Source: a virus
DNA: 64,000 nucleotides
IMG/VR virus record: IMGVR_UViG_3300023179_000080
Location: 10,284 to 74,283 of that record
Strand: one strand, 5' to 3'
Shown piece by piece: positions 25,749 to 35,066 of the stretch (position 1 is its first letter; every line of letters starts with the position of its first letter). The notes below the pieces were generated by a model. It was not told the DNA's origin and made no database searches. It saw only the letters and a list, made by a program, of their open reading frames with translations. Position numbers and translations under genes: made by a program.

Positions 25749-26792
25749 ATGACCTCAATCTTGCGGGAAGCTCCGTCTAAGACTAAGAAACTGTATGACG
25801 ATCTAGCAGAGATAAAAGCTGCATTCAGATACTCAGACACCAGCCTGTGGAAAGAAGCAGGAATTGCTTATCGAAACCTTGAAGAAAATCAAGGTGACTC
25901 TGGTATGAGTAACTTTGAGAGACTTCCGCAAAGTGTGCAGGATAGAATAATAAGCTCTGTGGGCGGAGGGCACACGTTTTACACGCTGGATCGAATTTGC
26001 TACGATGAAATAAAACCTGAACCAGAGATCTTGCGCTCATATACCGACGTGCACAACAGTAAGTTTCGAAAGCCTGGTGCTCTTGAAGCTCTGAAAAATT
26101 CATTTCTCAACATTGATAAGACACTGCGCGCCTATATCAAGGGGATGGGTACAGCACAAGCAACTCTCGATAAAGAATTTGAAAAGAAGGCAGAGGAGCC
26201 ACCAAATTCTATCCTGGGCTCTTTCGCATTCGCCGAGGAGAGAGAGGATGTTCCCTTTGAGAAGGACAATGCAGAGGAAAAGAAGCTCTATTCCGGCATT
26301 GAAAAACACATCTTTGACAACATCCCCCTCAATGATGAGAGATCCAAGCTGATCAAGAAGATCCTCGACAAGGGACAATATAAAAAGTTGTTCAGGGAAC
26401 CCAGGGGTCGAGCGGTCTACCGGGGGATGAAAGTCAGCGAAGCATGGCTAAAGAAGGCCTTGAAGTTGGGCAAGAAGGACACCCTCAAGCGGAAGGGAAG
26501 GGCTGAGGCGTCTTTTACCTTCACACCGCGTCGTGGTGATGCATCATCATGGGCATCAGATCATTACGCTGCAGAAGAATTTGCATTCGAGGGGTCAGAA
26601 GATGGGTTCTACGGTGTGATTCTTCACGCCCTGAGCGAAGATAACGCGGGAAGACTCTTGGACTTCAAAAATCTCTACGACTTAGGCGATCTCGGTGAGT
26701 ATCAGCACGAGAGTGAAGTGATTGGCTTCGGCAAGATCAAGGTCTACAAGATAGAGTGGTCATCTATGGACATAGGCGAGGATGATTATTGA
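25749..26792 (+). CDS. ADP-ribosyltransferase (R-S-E class)
   Basis: VYRGM, SSWAS..A..FA, HESEVI. Confidence 0.7.
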   Translation: MTSILREAPSKTKKLYDDLAEIKAAFRYSDTSLWKEAGIAYRNLEENQGDSGMSNFERLPQSVQDRIISSVGGGHTFYTLDRICYDEIKPEPEILRSYTDVHNSKFRKPGALEALKNSFLNIDKTLRAYIKGMGTAQATLDKEFEKKAEEPPNSILGSFAFAEEREDVPFEKDNAEEKKLYSGIEKHIFDNIPLNDERSKLIKKILDKGQYKKLFREPRGRAVYRGMKVSEAWLKKALKLGKKDTLKRKGRAEASFTFTPRRGDASSWASDHYAAEEFAFEGSEDGFYGVILHALSEDNAGRLLDFKNLYDLGDLGEYQHESEVIGFGKIKVYKIEWSSMDIGEDDY

Positions 26793-26801
26793 TAGCAATT
26801 C

Positions 26802-27194
26802 CTACTCGATATTTCTTGAGGCCTTAGCAGCCTCGACAATTGTACCTCTCACGACTGCTGAGGCATTCTTGAATTTCTCCGCGTCTTCGCGGACATTGGG
26901 GTTGTAAGCCTGAAACGAGTCTCCATGGCCTATCCGTAGGTGACACTCGTTCACGTCCATACACAGGGTGATGAAATTGCTCGGGTCGAGCTCGAGCTCG
27001 GGGTGGAGATGAAAGGGTCTAACATGATGGACCTGGGCTCGCTTGTGTGACCCACAGGCAGCACAGTAAGGATTGTCGTCTAGGTGTTTCTCCCGTGCTT
27101 GCCTCCACTTGGGAGACCGAGTTAGTTCCTTGTGTTTCTCTCGTGCCTCAGAGTAGGTCCTACGTGCCACATGTAAAAGTTTAGATAAGAACAT
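26802..27194 (-). CDS. HNH endonuclease
   Basis: CAACG..QVHHVRPF..N.ITLC...CH..GH. Confidence 0.88.
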   Translation of the reverse strand: MFLSKLLHVARRTYSEAREKHKELTRSPKWRQAREKHLDDNPYCAACGSHKRAQVHHVRPFHLHPELELDPSNFITLCMDVNECHLRIGHGDSFQAYNPNVREDAEKFKNASAVVRGTIVEAAKASRNIE

Positions 27195-27258
27195 ACATGT
27201 AACTATTATTTGTATTCTAAGAATATTCTACAGTATATTGTAGAACAAGTGATGATAT

Positions 27259-27332
27259 TGCGCGGTAGCTCAGCTGGTAGTAGCAGAGAGCTGTTAACTC
27301 TCGGGTCGCAGGTTCGAGCCCTGCCCGCGCAG
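27259..27332 (+). tRNA. tRNA-Asn(GTT)
   Basis: TGCGCGG/CCGCGCA; GAGAG-CTGTTAA-CTCTC. Confidence 0.92.
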
Positions 27333-27345
27333 CTAGGAGTTTTGA

Positions 27346-27588
27346 ATGCCTAAGGTAAGAAATGTGCTTGATAAAGCAGAGACCCCTCTACCACAGCTTC
27401 AGCAAGCACTTGCTGAGCTTAAACCGGGTCAAGTGATCAACATCAACAACACAAAAGAAGAGATCATGAGGACAAGAGAGAATCTGACTCGCATGAGACA
27501 TGAGATTCCGGGCGCTGACGATCACATTGATTACATCGAAGCGCTTCTTCTTGCTGAGGCAAACGGCAAATTGCAGTTCAAGCCTTGA
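27346..27588 (+). CDS. hypothetical protein
   Basis: AGGAG RBS; lies between tRNAs. Confidence 0.65.
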   Translation: MPKVRNVLDKAETPLPQLQQALAELKPGQVININNTKEEIMRTRENLTRMRHEIPGADDHIDYIEALLLAEANGKLQFKP

Positions 27589-27598
27589 ACTGATCATT

Positions 27599-27688
27599 GG
27601 AACGGTGTCCGAGTGGTCGAAGGAGCACGATTGGAAATCGTGTATGCGGTGACGAATCGCATCGAGGGTTCGAATCCCTCCTGTTCCG
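27599..27688 (+). tRNA. tRNA-Ser(GGA)
   Basis: CACGA-TTGGAAA-TCGTG; long variable arm. Confidence 0.93.
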
Positions 27689-27791
27689 CCCTAGGCAGGG
27701 GCGCATTCCCTGTCAGCATGCAAAACAATACTTATTGAAGGTGAAATCTCCCATGCGCGGGAGAAAGTAACCACCTCTTTATGAGCCAAAC

Positions 27792-27986
27792 ATGCCGACC
27801 TACGAGTACAAGTGTGAAACTTGCAGTGCTATTTGGGATGAGATACAGTCCATCAAGGACGATCCAATCGAAGTGTGCCCGAAGTGCAGATTTTCGAGCG
27901 CAAAACGCCTCATATCTGGGACATCATTCGTCCTAAAGGGCGGAGGTTGGGCGTCTGATCTCTATGGTAGCAAGACTTCAACCTGA
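27792..27986 (+). CDS. FmdB-family zinc ribbon protein
   Basis: MPTYEYKC..C...CPKC..RLIS..FVLKGGGW..D.Y. Confidence 0.9.
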   Translation: MPTYEYKCETCSAIWDEIQSIKDDPIEVCPKCRFSSAKRLISGTSFVLKGGGWASDLYGSKTST

Positions 27987-28772
27987 AATCTTGTTCCCTT
28001 TCTTTCGAGTAGACCTTGACGCTGGGTGTGATGGTTGACGAATAGCATGTAGCAGTTCTGCATCTTGAGAACCAAATACATTCTTGACTCCGCCCGTCTT
28101 TTGATCGAAGAGCACCATGTATCCACCATGACTCATGGTGAGAGGTTTTGAGAGCTTTGCCATAAAGTCGAACTTTGACGTAAGGGGAGCCTGAGCATCA
28201 AACCAGTCTGGAAGTACAAAGTTTGAGACAGATACCCTTGTTCCATTCTTCGTTGTGATCTCGTATGAGTCATTCTCGACTGGATCACACGCCTCGTAGG
28301 CAACCATTCTGCCATCGTACATGTCACACCAGAGGTTGACATTGGGATCGCAGTATGCCTCAATGATCTCATGTGAGAGGACACAGGCAATAGATAGTGA
28401 GCCGTGGAGAACTGACCCTCCGCCGCCGAGTACGGGCTTAGTGAACACGCGGCCCCAAATTTTTCCGTCGGGCGTCTCTGTGTGATAGCCTAGCGCACCG
28501 GCCTGGTCTGGGTTGTCCATAATGATGATTGGATATCCCACGGACTCGGGCTGGTTGACCACGATCTTCCAGGCACCGCGGAGCCACATTGGAGCCACAT
28601 GGGACCCGAGCTGGGTCGTGCACGCCTCCACCATTAACTGTAGGTCGGGGTCCTTGATTTGGGTCGACTTGTTGATCACATTGATCGTTGGCGTAATGGA
28701 ATCGACAGCAAGTGGTTTGCGTGTGACTACCTGTGTGACTGCATTGGCGATCGCCTTGAATATGTTTGCCAT
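27978..28772 (-). CDS. zincin-like metallopeptidase-fold protein
   Basis: GALGYH, SHEIIE..DP, EACDPVE, VSNFVLP.WF. Confidence 0.7.
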   Translation of the reverse strand: MANIFKAIANAVTQVVTRKPLAVDSITPTINVINKSTQIKDPDLQLMVEACTTQLGSHVAPMWLRGAWKIVVNQPESVGYPIIIMDNPDQAGALGYHTETPDGKIWGRVFTKPVLGGGGSVLHGSLSIACVLSHEIIEAYCDPNVNLWCDMYDGRMVAYEACDPVENDSYEITTKNGTRVSVSNFVLPDWFDAQAPLTSKFDFMAKLSKPLTMSHGGYMVLFDQKTGGVKNVFGSQDAELLHAIRQPSHPASRSTRKKGNKISG

Positions 28773-28793
28773 GGCCGTATATATCTCCTTGAT

Positions 28794-29498
28794 TCAAGTA
28801 GTTTGGTCACGAAGCGCTTGAAGTAGCGAGGGTGGAACACCCCGTGGCGGGTCGTTCACGGTAAGACCGAGTTGCGTAGCAAAGTCCTTGACGGCTTTTA
28901 TCGACGCTGGTCCCCAGACACCGTCGACAGCAATCGTGTATAGACCTAGTTGTTGTAATCTCTGCTGCGCCTCAGTCAACGTCGCAGAATCCCACGCGAC
29001 GGGATAGTCGCTGATCACAAAGTTTGATCCATCAACGGGAGTCGTAAACAGCTGTCCCTCTGCTTGCCGGCGGTTATATAGACCCGGGACAGTTACAACT
29101 GCCCCATTGACGCGTGCTTTACTCCATTCGAGTAATCGTGCTGGAACAGAATCGAAGTCAGAAGAGTTCACTGCGCGAGCGACTCCGCTGTTTGAGTAGA
29201 CGCCCACGCCACAGTTGAAACCGAAGCTGCATAGTGCGTCGAATTGGTTCTGATTAAGTTCGACTGTAATGTGTGACTTGATTGCAGTCTCACATTTCCT
29301 CACATCGGCTGCCAAGATGTCAAGTGCTTGGTCTTTGCTGATCTCGACACCTTGAGGGAAATTCTCGCCCTGTTGTATTAGATGCCCAACTCCGATGGTC
29401 CAGAGTCCCGCAACGTCTTTGTAGGGCTTCAAGATGCATCCTTCCCACTTTGCAATGAAATCCAAGCCTTCGCGAGAAATTGTGAGTTGATCGTTCAT
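28794..29498 (-). CDS. GH24 lysozyme (endolysin) with C-terminal peptidoglycan-binding domain
   Basis: WEG..YKDVAGLWTIGVGH, QNQFDAL.SF.FN.G, GL.NRR..E; Q.L..LG...VDG.WGP. Confidence 0.92.
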   Translation of the reverse strand: MNDQLTISREGLDFIAKWEGCILKPYKDVAGLWTIGVGHLIQQGENFPQGVEISKDQALDILAADVRKCETAIKSHITVELNQNQFDALCSFGFNCGVGVYSNSGVARAVNSSDFDSVPARLLEWSKARVNGAVVTVPGLYNRRQAEGQLFTTPVDGSNFVISDYPVAWDSATLTEAQQRLQQLGLYTIAVDGVWGPASIKAVKDFATQLGLTVNDPPRGVPPSLLQALRDQTT

Positions 29499-29589
29499 GT
29501 TTGTAAATATCATCGAGTAATCCAACAAATAAAATTCTGTAATTGGATAGTGCAAAGGTCTCTAAACTTGTTTTACTCTTAAAGAGACA

Positions 29590-29949
29590 ATGGCTACCGA
29601 TAAGAAGATGCTCAATAACGCCGCGCTGATTGCTGCGGGCGATCGAGACAGAAGAGTAGATCAACGAACTTTCCTGCTCGGTGCGATTGGACTAAGAAAC
29701 GATGACGTTCTTGTTTCTTCGCGAAATGTTCCGGGTCGAGATGTGGTTCCTGACCACCACGCCGAGGCACGCCTTTCCCGCAAATTGACACCGGGGTCAA
29801 CGGTGTGGGTTGCAAGAGTTGCGAGACGGGATGGATCGTGGGCCATGGCTCGACCCTGCCCCGGGTGCGAGATAAGGCTTAGATCTTCGGGTGTGAAGAG
29901 AGTAGTGTACACGATTGGCCCTAACGAGTGGGGAGTCATGGACCTATGA
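29590..29949 (+). CDS. cytidine/dCMP deaminase-like protein
   Basis: HAE...ARPCPGC..GVKRVVYT. Confidence 0.85.
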   Translation: MATDKKMLNNAALIAAGDRDRRVDQRTFLLGAIGLRNDDVLVSSRNVPGRDVVPDHHAEARLSRKLTPGSTVWVARVARRDGSWAMARPCPGCEIRLRSSGVKRVVYTIGPNEWGVMDL

Positions 29950-30326
29950 GGATCTTGATCCTTGATGACGATGCGGCGAGGCACACGACGTTTAGTTCCC
30001 TGTATAAGGGACACGAAATTGCGCACGTCTATAGATTCAAAGAATTCGTGTCGTGTTTAGAGCACTCTCCGCAGTGGGATCTTGTTCATCTTGACCACGA
30101 CCTCGGAGACTCGTCTGCAGCAGACACGTACATTGATGGATTTGGCTCACCTCAGTCATACAACGGTTTTCACGCAATGCTAAAATTGTGTGAGTTACCC
30201 ATCGATTCCCGACCAAGACAGGTAATCATTCATAGTGTAAATCCTGCTGGGGCTCAAGCGATGTTAAAATACTCACATAGCCTTGGGATCAACACAACGT
30301 GGAAGCCGTTCAGCGTTTCAAAATGA
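29946..30326 (+). CDS. cyclic-phosphate-processing receiver-domain protein
   Basis: ILILDDD..R, LDHDLG, G......L, IHS.NP.G...M. Confidence 0.8.
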   Translation: MRILILDDDAARHTTFSSLYKGHEIAHVYRFKEFVSCLEHSPQWDLVHLDHDLGDSSAADTYIDGFGSPQSYNGFHAMLKLCELPIDSRPRQVIIHSVNPAGAQAMLKYSHSLGINTTWKPFSVSK

Positions 30327-30544
30327 AAAAAGACAACGTTATCTCGATCGTCGATCGAGTAGAATCTTGGAAAGATGTTTACACCTCACCGGGAGGCGAC
30401 GTATATGTGCGGGCTTCAAGCCATGGCCGTGTTACGATCATCCCCAGCAGCGGAAAGTGCGTAACTCTGCCTCTTGTCGAGAGCATCAACATGCTCTCAA
30501 AAATCGCTGATGGAATTTCAGGTGCTATGGATTTGATCAAGTAG
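30323..30544 (+). CDS. hypothetical protein
   Basis: ATGA overlap. Confidence 0.6.
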   Translation: MKKDNVISIVDRVESWKDVYTSPGGDVYVRASSHGRVTIIPSSGKCVTLPLVESINMLSKIADGISGAMDLIK

Positions 30545-30580
30545 TGCAATCTCGCTGTAAAGGGTAGTAAATAATAAATC

Positions 30581-30688
30581 ATGCTAAAGCTAAAAACGTC
30601 AATCATCATACTAGGGGTCGCAGCGCTTGCTGCAGTCGGATATTTCGTGTATAAGAACAAAGAGACTTACAACAACAACGACAGCTGA
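30581..30688 (+). CDS. 35-aa membrane peptide (not in ORF track)
   Basis: MLKLKTSIIILGVAALAAVGYFVYK; GTGCAA promoter-like site at 30544. Confidence 0.45.
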   Translation: MLKLKTSIIILGVAALAAVGYFVYKNKETYNNNDS

Positions 30689-30705
30689 AAAAGAGAGAAA
30701 AGAAT

Positions 30706-31041
30706 ATGAAGAAGAACAACAAGAAGAACTCCAATCGCTCTTACAACGTAACTTTCGATCTACCAGACATTGTCGACATGGAAACTCTCTCCTACGCGGG
30801 TGATGACGAGTTGAGTCGAAGGCTCGCACACCTCAACGGTGAAAAAGAGCAAGTCCAGAACGAAGGGTACGACGCCAAGCTCTGGGAAGTCGAGATCGCG
30901 TACGTGCAGAGAGAGTTGAAGATCAGGAACGCTCGTCGGGTTGCTCATGATGAATACCTCAAGGCGAATCCCGAGCCCAACTACTACGAGCTTACTTACG
31001 TTCCAAACTATGACGACGGACCTGCTGATGCCTTCAACTGA
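30706..31041 (+). CDS. hypothetical protein
   Basis: [15 protein letters not shown]. Confidence 0.7.
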   Translation: MKKNNKKNSNRSYNVTFDLPDIVDMETLSYAGDDELSRRLAHLNGEKEQVQNEGYDAKLWEVEIAYVQRELKIRNARRVAHDEYLKANPEPNYYELTYVPNYDDGPADAFN

Positions 31042-31051
31042 AGAGGCCGTT

Positions 31052-31876
31052 ATGCGACCAACGAAGGTTAGCACAGTTTCTCAACAGTCACCCGCACAAG
31101 TCGACACGATCAGCACATACTTGAAAGAGCTGAAAGTGTATCCACAGCTGAAACACCCTGAAGTTGTTAGCCTCTTTCAGGCCTATGAAGCAGGGGGAAC
31201 TGAGGGTGATAAGGCAAGAAAGAAGCTGGTTGAGTCGAACCTCCGACTTGTGATCTCGATCGCAAAAAAGCAGAAGGGGCACAACATCCCTCTAGAAGAT
31301 CTAATCCAGGAGGGCAACCTGGGACTCCTCAAGGCTGTCGAGCGTTTCGACTGGAAGAAGGGGTTTAGGTTCTCCACTTACGCGACGTGGTGGATCAAGC
31401 AGGCCATCAGTCAACACGTTCTGAAGCGGAAACGAATGATCCGTCTCCCAGCCCACGCTGCAGGAATCCAGCGTAAGCTGATGCAGGCTTCAAAGGAGTT
31501 CCGCGATACCAACGGTTCAGATCCGACTCAAGACGAGCTTCTGAAGCTTGTCGACGCGTCTGAAACTGTCGTCAAGGCAACGATCGCGTCCAGCAACAAC
31601 GTTGTTTCTCTTAGCCAAACTGTCACTTCTGATCCAGATAGCGGTACTTTGGGTGACAGGCTTGAAGACATTGATCACCGGAATGATCCATTTTATAATG
31701 TTTCTTCTAAGGAATTGCTTGGTATTGTCAAGTACGTGCTATCCACTCTTACTGAGAAAGAAGCTGCAATTTTGAAGTTGAGATTCGGAATTTTTGATGA
31801 AGACATTGATCGATCACAATACATGTTGACGGCTGAAGACACTGCTCAGCTTGAAGCGGGCACGTTGCATGATTGA
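31052..31876 (+). CDS. sigma70-family RNA polymerase sigma factor
   Basis: [54 protein letters not shown]. Confidence 0.93.
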   Translation: MRPTKVSTVSQQSPAQVDTISTYLKELKVYPQLKHPEVVSLFQAYEAGGTEGDKARKKLVESNLRLVISIAKKQKGHNIPLEDLIQEGNLGLLKAVERFDWKKGFRFSTYATWWIKQAISQHVLKRKRMIRLPAHAAGIQRKLMQASKEFRDTNGSDPTQDELLKLVDASETVVKATIASSNNVVSLSQTVTSDPDSGTLGDRLEDIDHRNDPFYNVSSKELLGIVKYVLSTLTEKEAAILKLRFGIFDEDIDRSQYMLTAEDTAQLEAGTLHD

Positions 31877-32114
31877 AAGTATCACGTATTTTTTGCTGTT
31901 GATCATCCTGACTGGATGCAACATTTCTGTTTATCTGATGTGCAGAAAAATGTTGCGCTTGCTCGAAGATGCGATGCTGCACACAGATAGCGCAAAGCAC
32001 AGTATCGAAACTATGCTCGGGCATGATCCCACAAGCGGTCTCAACACTAGATTGAATGAATTGCAGAAAATGAAATTTTCTTACATGCGCACAAATTCGG
32101 GAGGACAACAATGA
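31869..32114 (+). CDS. membrane-anchored hypothetical protein
   Basis: N-terminal TM. Confidence 0.55.
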   Translation: MIESITYFLLLIILTGCNISVYLMCRKMLRLLEDAMLHTDSAKHSIETMLGHDPTSGLNTRLNELQKMKFSYMRTNSGGQQ

Positions 32115-32389
32115 ACCAGCAGAAATCAACAGCATACGCCACAGTCTCAGATGAGGGTGTCAACTATCGTGAGATTGCAAGCATGATGACTGAAATCGGC
32201 TTCAAGATGAACCACTCTTCTGCACGGAACTACGTGCTTCGAGTAATGAAGAAATTTGCAGAAGCGATCAACAAGGAGTGGAATCTTGAGATACATCCAA
32301 CAAAACTTGATAAGATAGTTAAGACGCCACAATTCCAGTCTGCTATCTGTGACATCTTGCAGACCCTGGACGCACATGAGAAAAGATAG
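32111..32389 (+). CDS. HTH-like protein
   Basis: NYREIASMMTEIGFKMNHSSARN. Confidence 0.7.
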   Translation: MNQQKSTAYATVSDEGVNYREIASMMTEIGFKMNHSSARNYVLRVMKKFAEAINKEWNLEIHPTKLDKIVKTPQFQSAICDILQTLDAHEKR

Positions 32390-32395
32390 GACAAA

Positions 32396-32782
32396 ATGAG
32401 ACTACAAAAGAAAAGTTTGTCAAGGGTCACCCTCTCAGACCTGCTACGCCGAAAACGCTCAAATCTCCAGAGATTCCTGAAAGAGTCAGGGATCGTAACC
32501 TACGAGCTACTTGTTTCGAGGTGCGCTTCTATGGGTGTTGTTCCTCCCAGCGAGAAGGATTTTCTGGACGCAAGAGGCAATCCAATCATCCACGACGTCT
32601 CTTCTCCCACTGAGGGTATTGTTGTGCTCGAACCACCCCCAGTGTCCACAGAAGAAAAAGTTGAGATGGTGTCGACGCAAGACGTGCATGGTTCAAGTGA
32701 ACCACTAGAAGCAGAGCCAGCAACCGTTTCTTTCAACGGCAAGAAGAAGCAGAAGAAGAATTTGGCAGAAAATTCTCCATGA
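32396..32782 (+). CDS. hypothetical protein
   Basis: AGGA RBS. Confidence 0.65.
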   Translation: MRLQKKSLSRVTLSDLLRRKRSNLQRFLKESGIVTYELLVSRCASMGVVPPSEKDFLDARGNPIIHDVSSPTEGIVVLEPPPVSTEEKVEMVSTQDVHGSSEPLEAEPATVSFNGKKKQKKNLAENSP

Positions 32783-32909
32783 TTTATGTGTTCACAAGTA
32801 CTACATTGGATCTCTATTTAACCAAAAAGACCCGTTGTGGTATAGTTACACAACACTCTCAAGTTCGTTGAAAAATCATCAGCGATTTTGAGCATATTCA
32901 AGGAGAAAA

Positions 32910-33467
32910 GTGATGACGAATCTAGCTACAGTCCTGGCGGTGGTGCTCCACCAAGTGGAACCCACTATCGTAGAGGACCGGCTCAAGCTCGTTGCGGAGG
33001 ACATGGACACTGTTGTTAAGACTGAATTTGAAAACGGCACCATGAAGAGTGGAATCTCCCACATAGACGCACTCTCGATGCTCGCAGCGGCAGTCACCAT
33101 TGAATCGCACTTGAGCGAATCAGTTGAGAACTGCAAAGCAGTCGGTGACGGCGGACGTTCCGTCGGTCTCGGCCAAGTAATGAACGGCCCAAACTGGGAG
33201 GGTCACACTCGCAAGGAGATCTGCTCGAATCGCAGGCTTCAGCTTACCCTTGCTCTGCATGTGATCGATCGCTGTTGGGCGGGCACACCCCAGGCAGATG
33301 CTGCCTTGAGGTGCTACACATCGGGAGACTCGAAGAAGAATTCGTATGCTGCAAGAGCTGAGTTTGCTGTCTACAAGAAAGCGCGGGCAGCGCTTGACAA
33401 TTCATCAGCAAAATCCCCAAAGATCATAGTTGAAAATTCTGGGATAAAGCTTGCAAATAATCCGTAA
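32910..33467 (+). CDS. lysozyme/transglycosylase-like protein
   Basis: AVTIES...GDGGRSVGLGQV...ALRCY.SG. Confidence 0.65.
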   Translation: MMTNLATVLAVVLHQVEPTIVEDRLKLVAEDMDTVVKTEFENGTMKSGISHIDALSMLAAAVTIESHLSESVENCKAVGDGGRSVGLGQVMNGPNWEGHTRKEICSNRRLQLTLALHVIDRCWAGTPQADAALRCYTSGDSKKNSYAARAEFAVYKKARAALDNSSAKSPKIIVENSGIKLANNP

Positions 33468-33505
33468 TGTGTGAAAAGTGAAGACCGACGTGGTACAGTA
33501 TAACC

Positions 33506-33724
33506 ATGAGGTACGCAACGACCACGTCGGTCTTCCTAACGATAATGTTCCTTGTTGACGGTGTACGGGCAGGCGATGCTCAATGTGCTACCGTCAAGGA
33601 CCATGACCTTCGCATGGCATGCTATGCCTTCTCCGAAGGTCGGATCTCGTGGTGCGAGTTCATCAAGGACCACGACGCTCGCGTGATGTGTCGGATTCGA
33701 GTCGACAGCAAGAAGGCTCACTGA
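33506..33724 (+). CDS. secreted small protein with C..IKDHD.R..C repeats
   Basis: Signal peptide; two repeats; early-type promoter at 33471. Confidence 0.7.
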   Translation: MRYATTTSVFLTIMFLVDGVRAGDAQCATVKDHDLRMACYAFSEGRISWCEFIKDHDARVMCRIRVDSKKAH

Positions 33725-34236
33725 TGTCTGCTGAGTACTCCTGTAACTCCGACGAAGTTGTCAATCGTTTCCCAGAGAAGTTGTTTGATTCGCTCATCGG
33801 CGGAACCTACGACTTCTACGGTGTCGATGGCAACACTTTCTGCATCGGAGTCAACGGAGCGCGGATGGCACTCGAGGCGGTGGCAGACCCGAGTGACGGA
33901 TACCGCTCGTATTTCGGATGCTTCACCACAGGTGAGCTGGGTAAGATCTTCTTCACCCAGCCCGTTGCACGAGTACAGCTCATGGAGGGTGGGCTCTCTG
34001 AACGCACCTACTCGTGCGGATGCACGAATCGATATGATAAACGTCAAGCTAACTGCAATGAATGCCTTCGCATGGCAAAGGACAACTTCAACGGATGGGT
34101 GCTCCGAGACATCGACACCGGCCACGAATGGCTCACCATAGGCACTGACCACGGTGATGACTACTACCCTTGTTTCACGTTCAGGTATACCCCTGACAAA
34201 TCTCAAGTGATCAACCTCGATGAAGCGAGTGAATGA
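33724..34236 (+). CDS. hypothetical protein
   Basis: DPSDGYRS...GTD..DDYYP.F motif. Confidence 0.75.
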   Translation: MSAEYSCNSDEVVNRFPEKLFDSLIGGTYDFYGVDGNTFCIGVNGARMALEAVADPSDGYRSYFGCFTTGELGKIFFTQPVARVQLMEGGLSERTYSCGCTNRYDKRQANCNECLRMAKDNFNGWVLRDIDTGHEWLTIGTDHGDDYYPCFTFRYTPDKSQVINLDEASE

Positions 34237-35015
34237 CTATGCAAACTGAACAGATGAGCACGACTACCACAACTACCACTGACACGATCGGCAACATCAG
34301 AGCGACCAAAGATCAGCTAAAGATCATCAGCCGCCTCGCACTCCAGAGAATCATGTCATCTGAGGCTCTGCAGTATCTACGTAAGCACTCTGCCGACGCT
34401 GTGTCATCTCAATTCCTCTCTGACGCCCCAGAAAAAGAAATCTCTCTGTACTTCTCGCTCGCGTCAGACAGGGAACGGACGAGTTACTACGGTAACTCCG
34501 TGTGTGAGATGAGCATGAAGTGGCTGCAGAGTCCCGATGAGATTGTCGACCTCGAGGGCAATGCGTGGAGCACTTACTGCCTCGTGATGAATGTCACCCT
34601 CGGTTCTTTTTACAATATTCCCTACAAGTCATTCGAGGCTCGCGCGGAGGTCATTCAAGCGTGCACTGAGCTATTCGAAGAGATCAACAGTCTTGCTCCA
34701 GAGCCCGTTCGTGTGTTGACACTCAACAATGAAGAACGAATTGTGCGTGATGAGACACAGCGTGTGGCGAGGATCGGTCATACACTCGCCGACATGTTCG
34801 TTCGAGAGCACCGAGTTTTTCGTCGTGGACTTCGAATCGGCGGCCGCGGCAAACCCGTCCCGCGCGAGATCGTGAATGCAATCACAGGTATGAAGCCCGG
34901 GACTTATGAGTTCACAACTGAAGAAGGTTCTCGGCGGCGACCCGTCCGCCGCCAATACACTCTCAAGGTCCCCGTGAATGATTCGTGGCTTGCAACTCTA
35001 TCTCGCTCCCGCTGA
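34233..35015 (+). CDS. hypothetical protein
   Basis: 260 aa; ATGA overlap. Confidence 0.7.
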   Translation: MTMQTEQMSTTTTTTTDTIGNIRATKDQLKIISRLALQRIMSSEALQYLRKHSADAVSSQFLSDAPEKEISLYFSLASDRERTSYYGNSVCEMSMKWLQSPDEIVDLEGNAWSTYCLVMNVTLGSFYNIPYKSFEARAEVIQACTELFEEINSLAPEPVRVLTLNNEERIVRDETQRVARIGHTLADMFVREHRVFRRGLRIGGRGKPVPREIVNAITGMKPGTYEFTTEEGSRRRPVRRQYTLKVPVNDSWLATLSRSR

Positions 35016-35066
35016 GATTCAACATCAGCAGTGCAAAGTAACCCATCATGGGTATAGGGTGACAAT

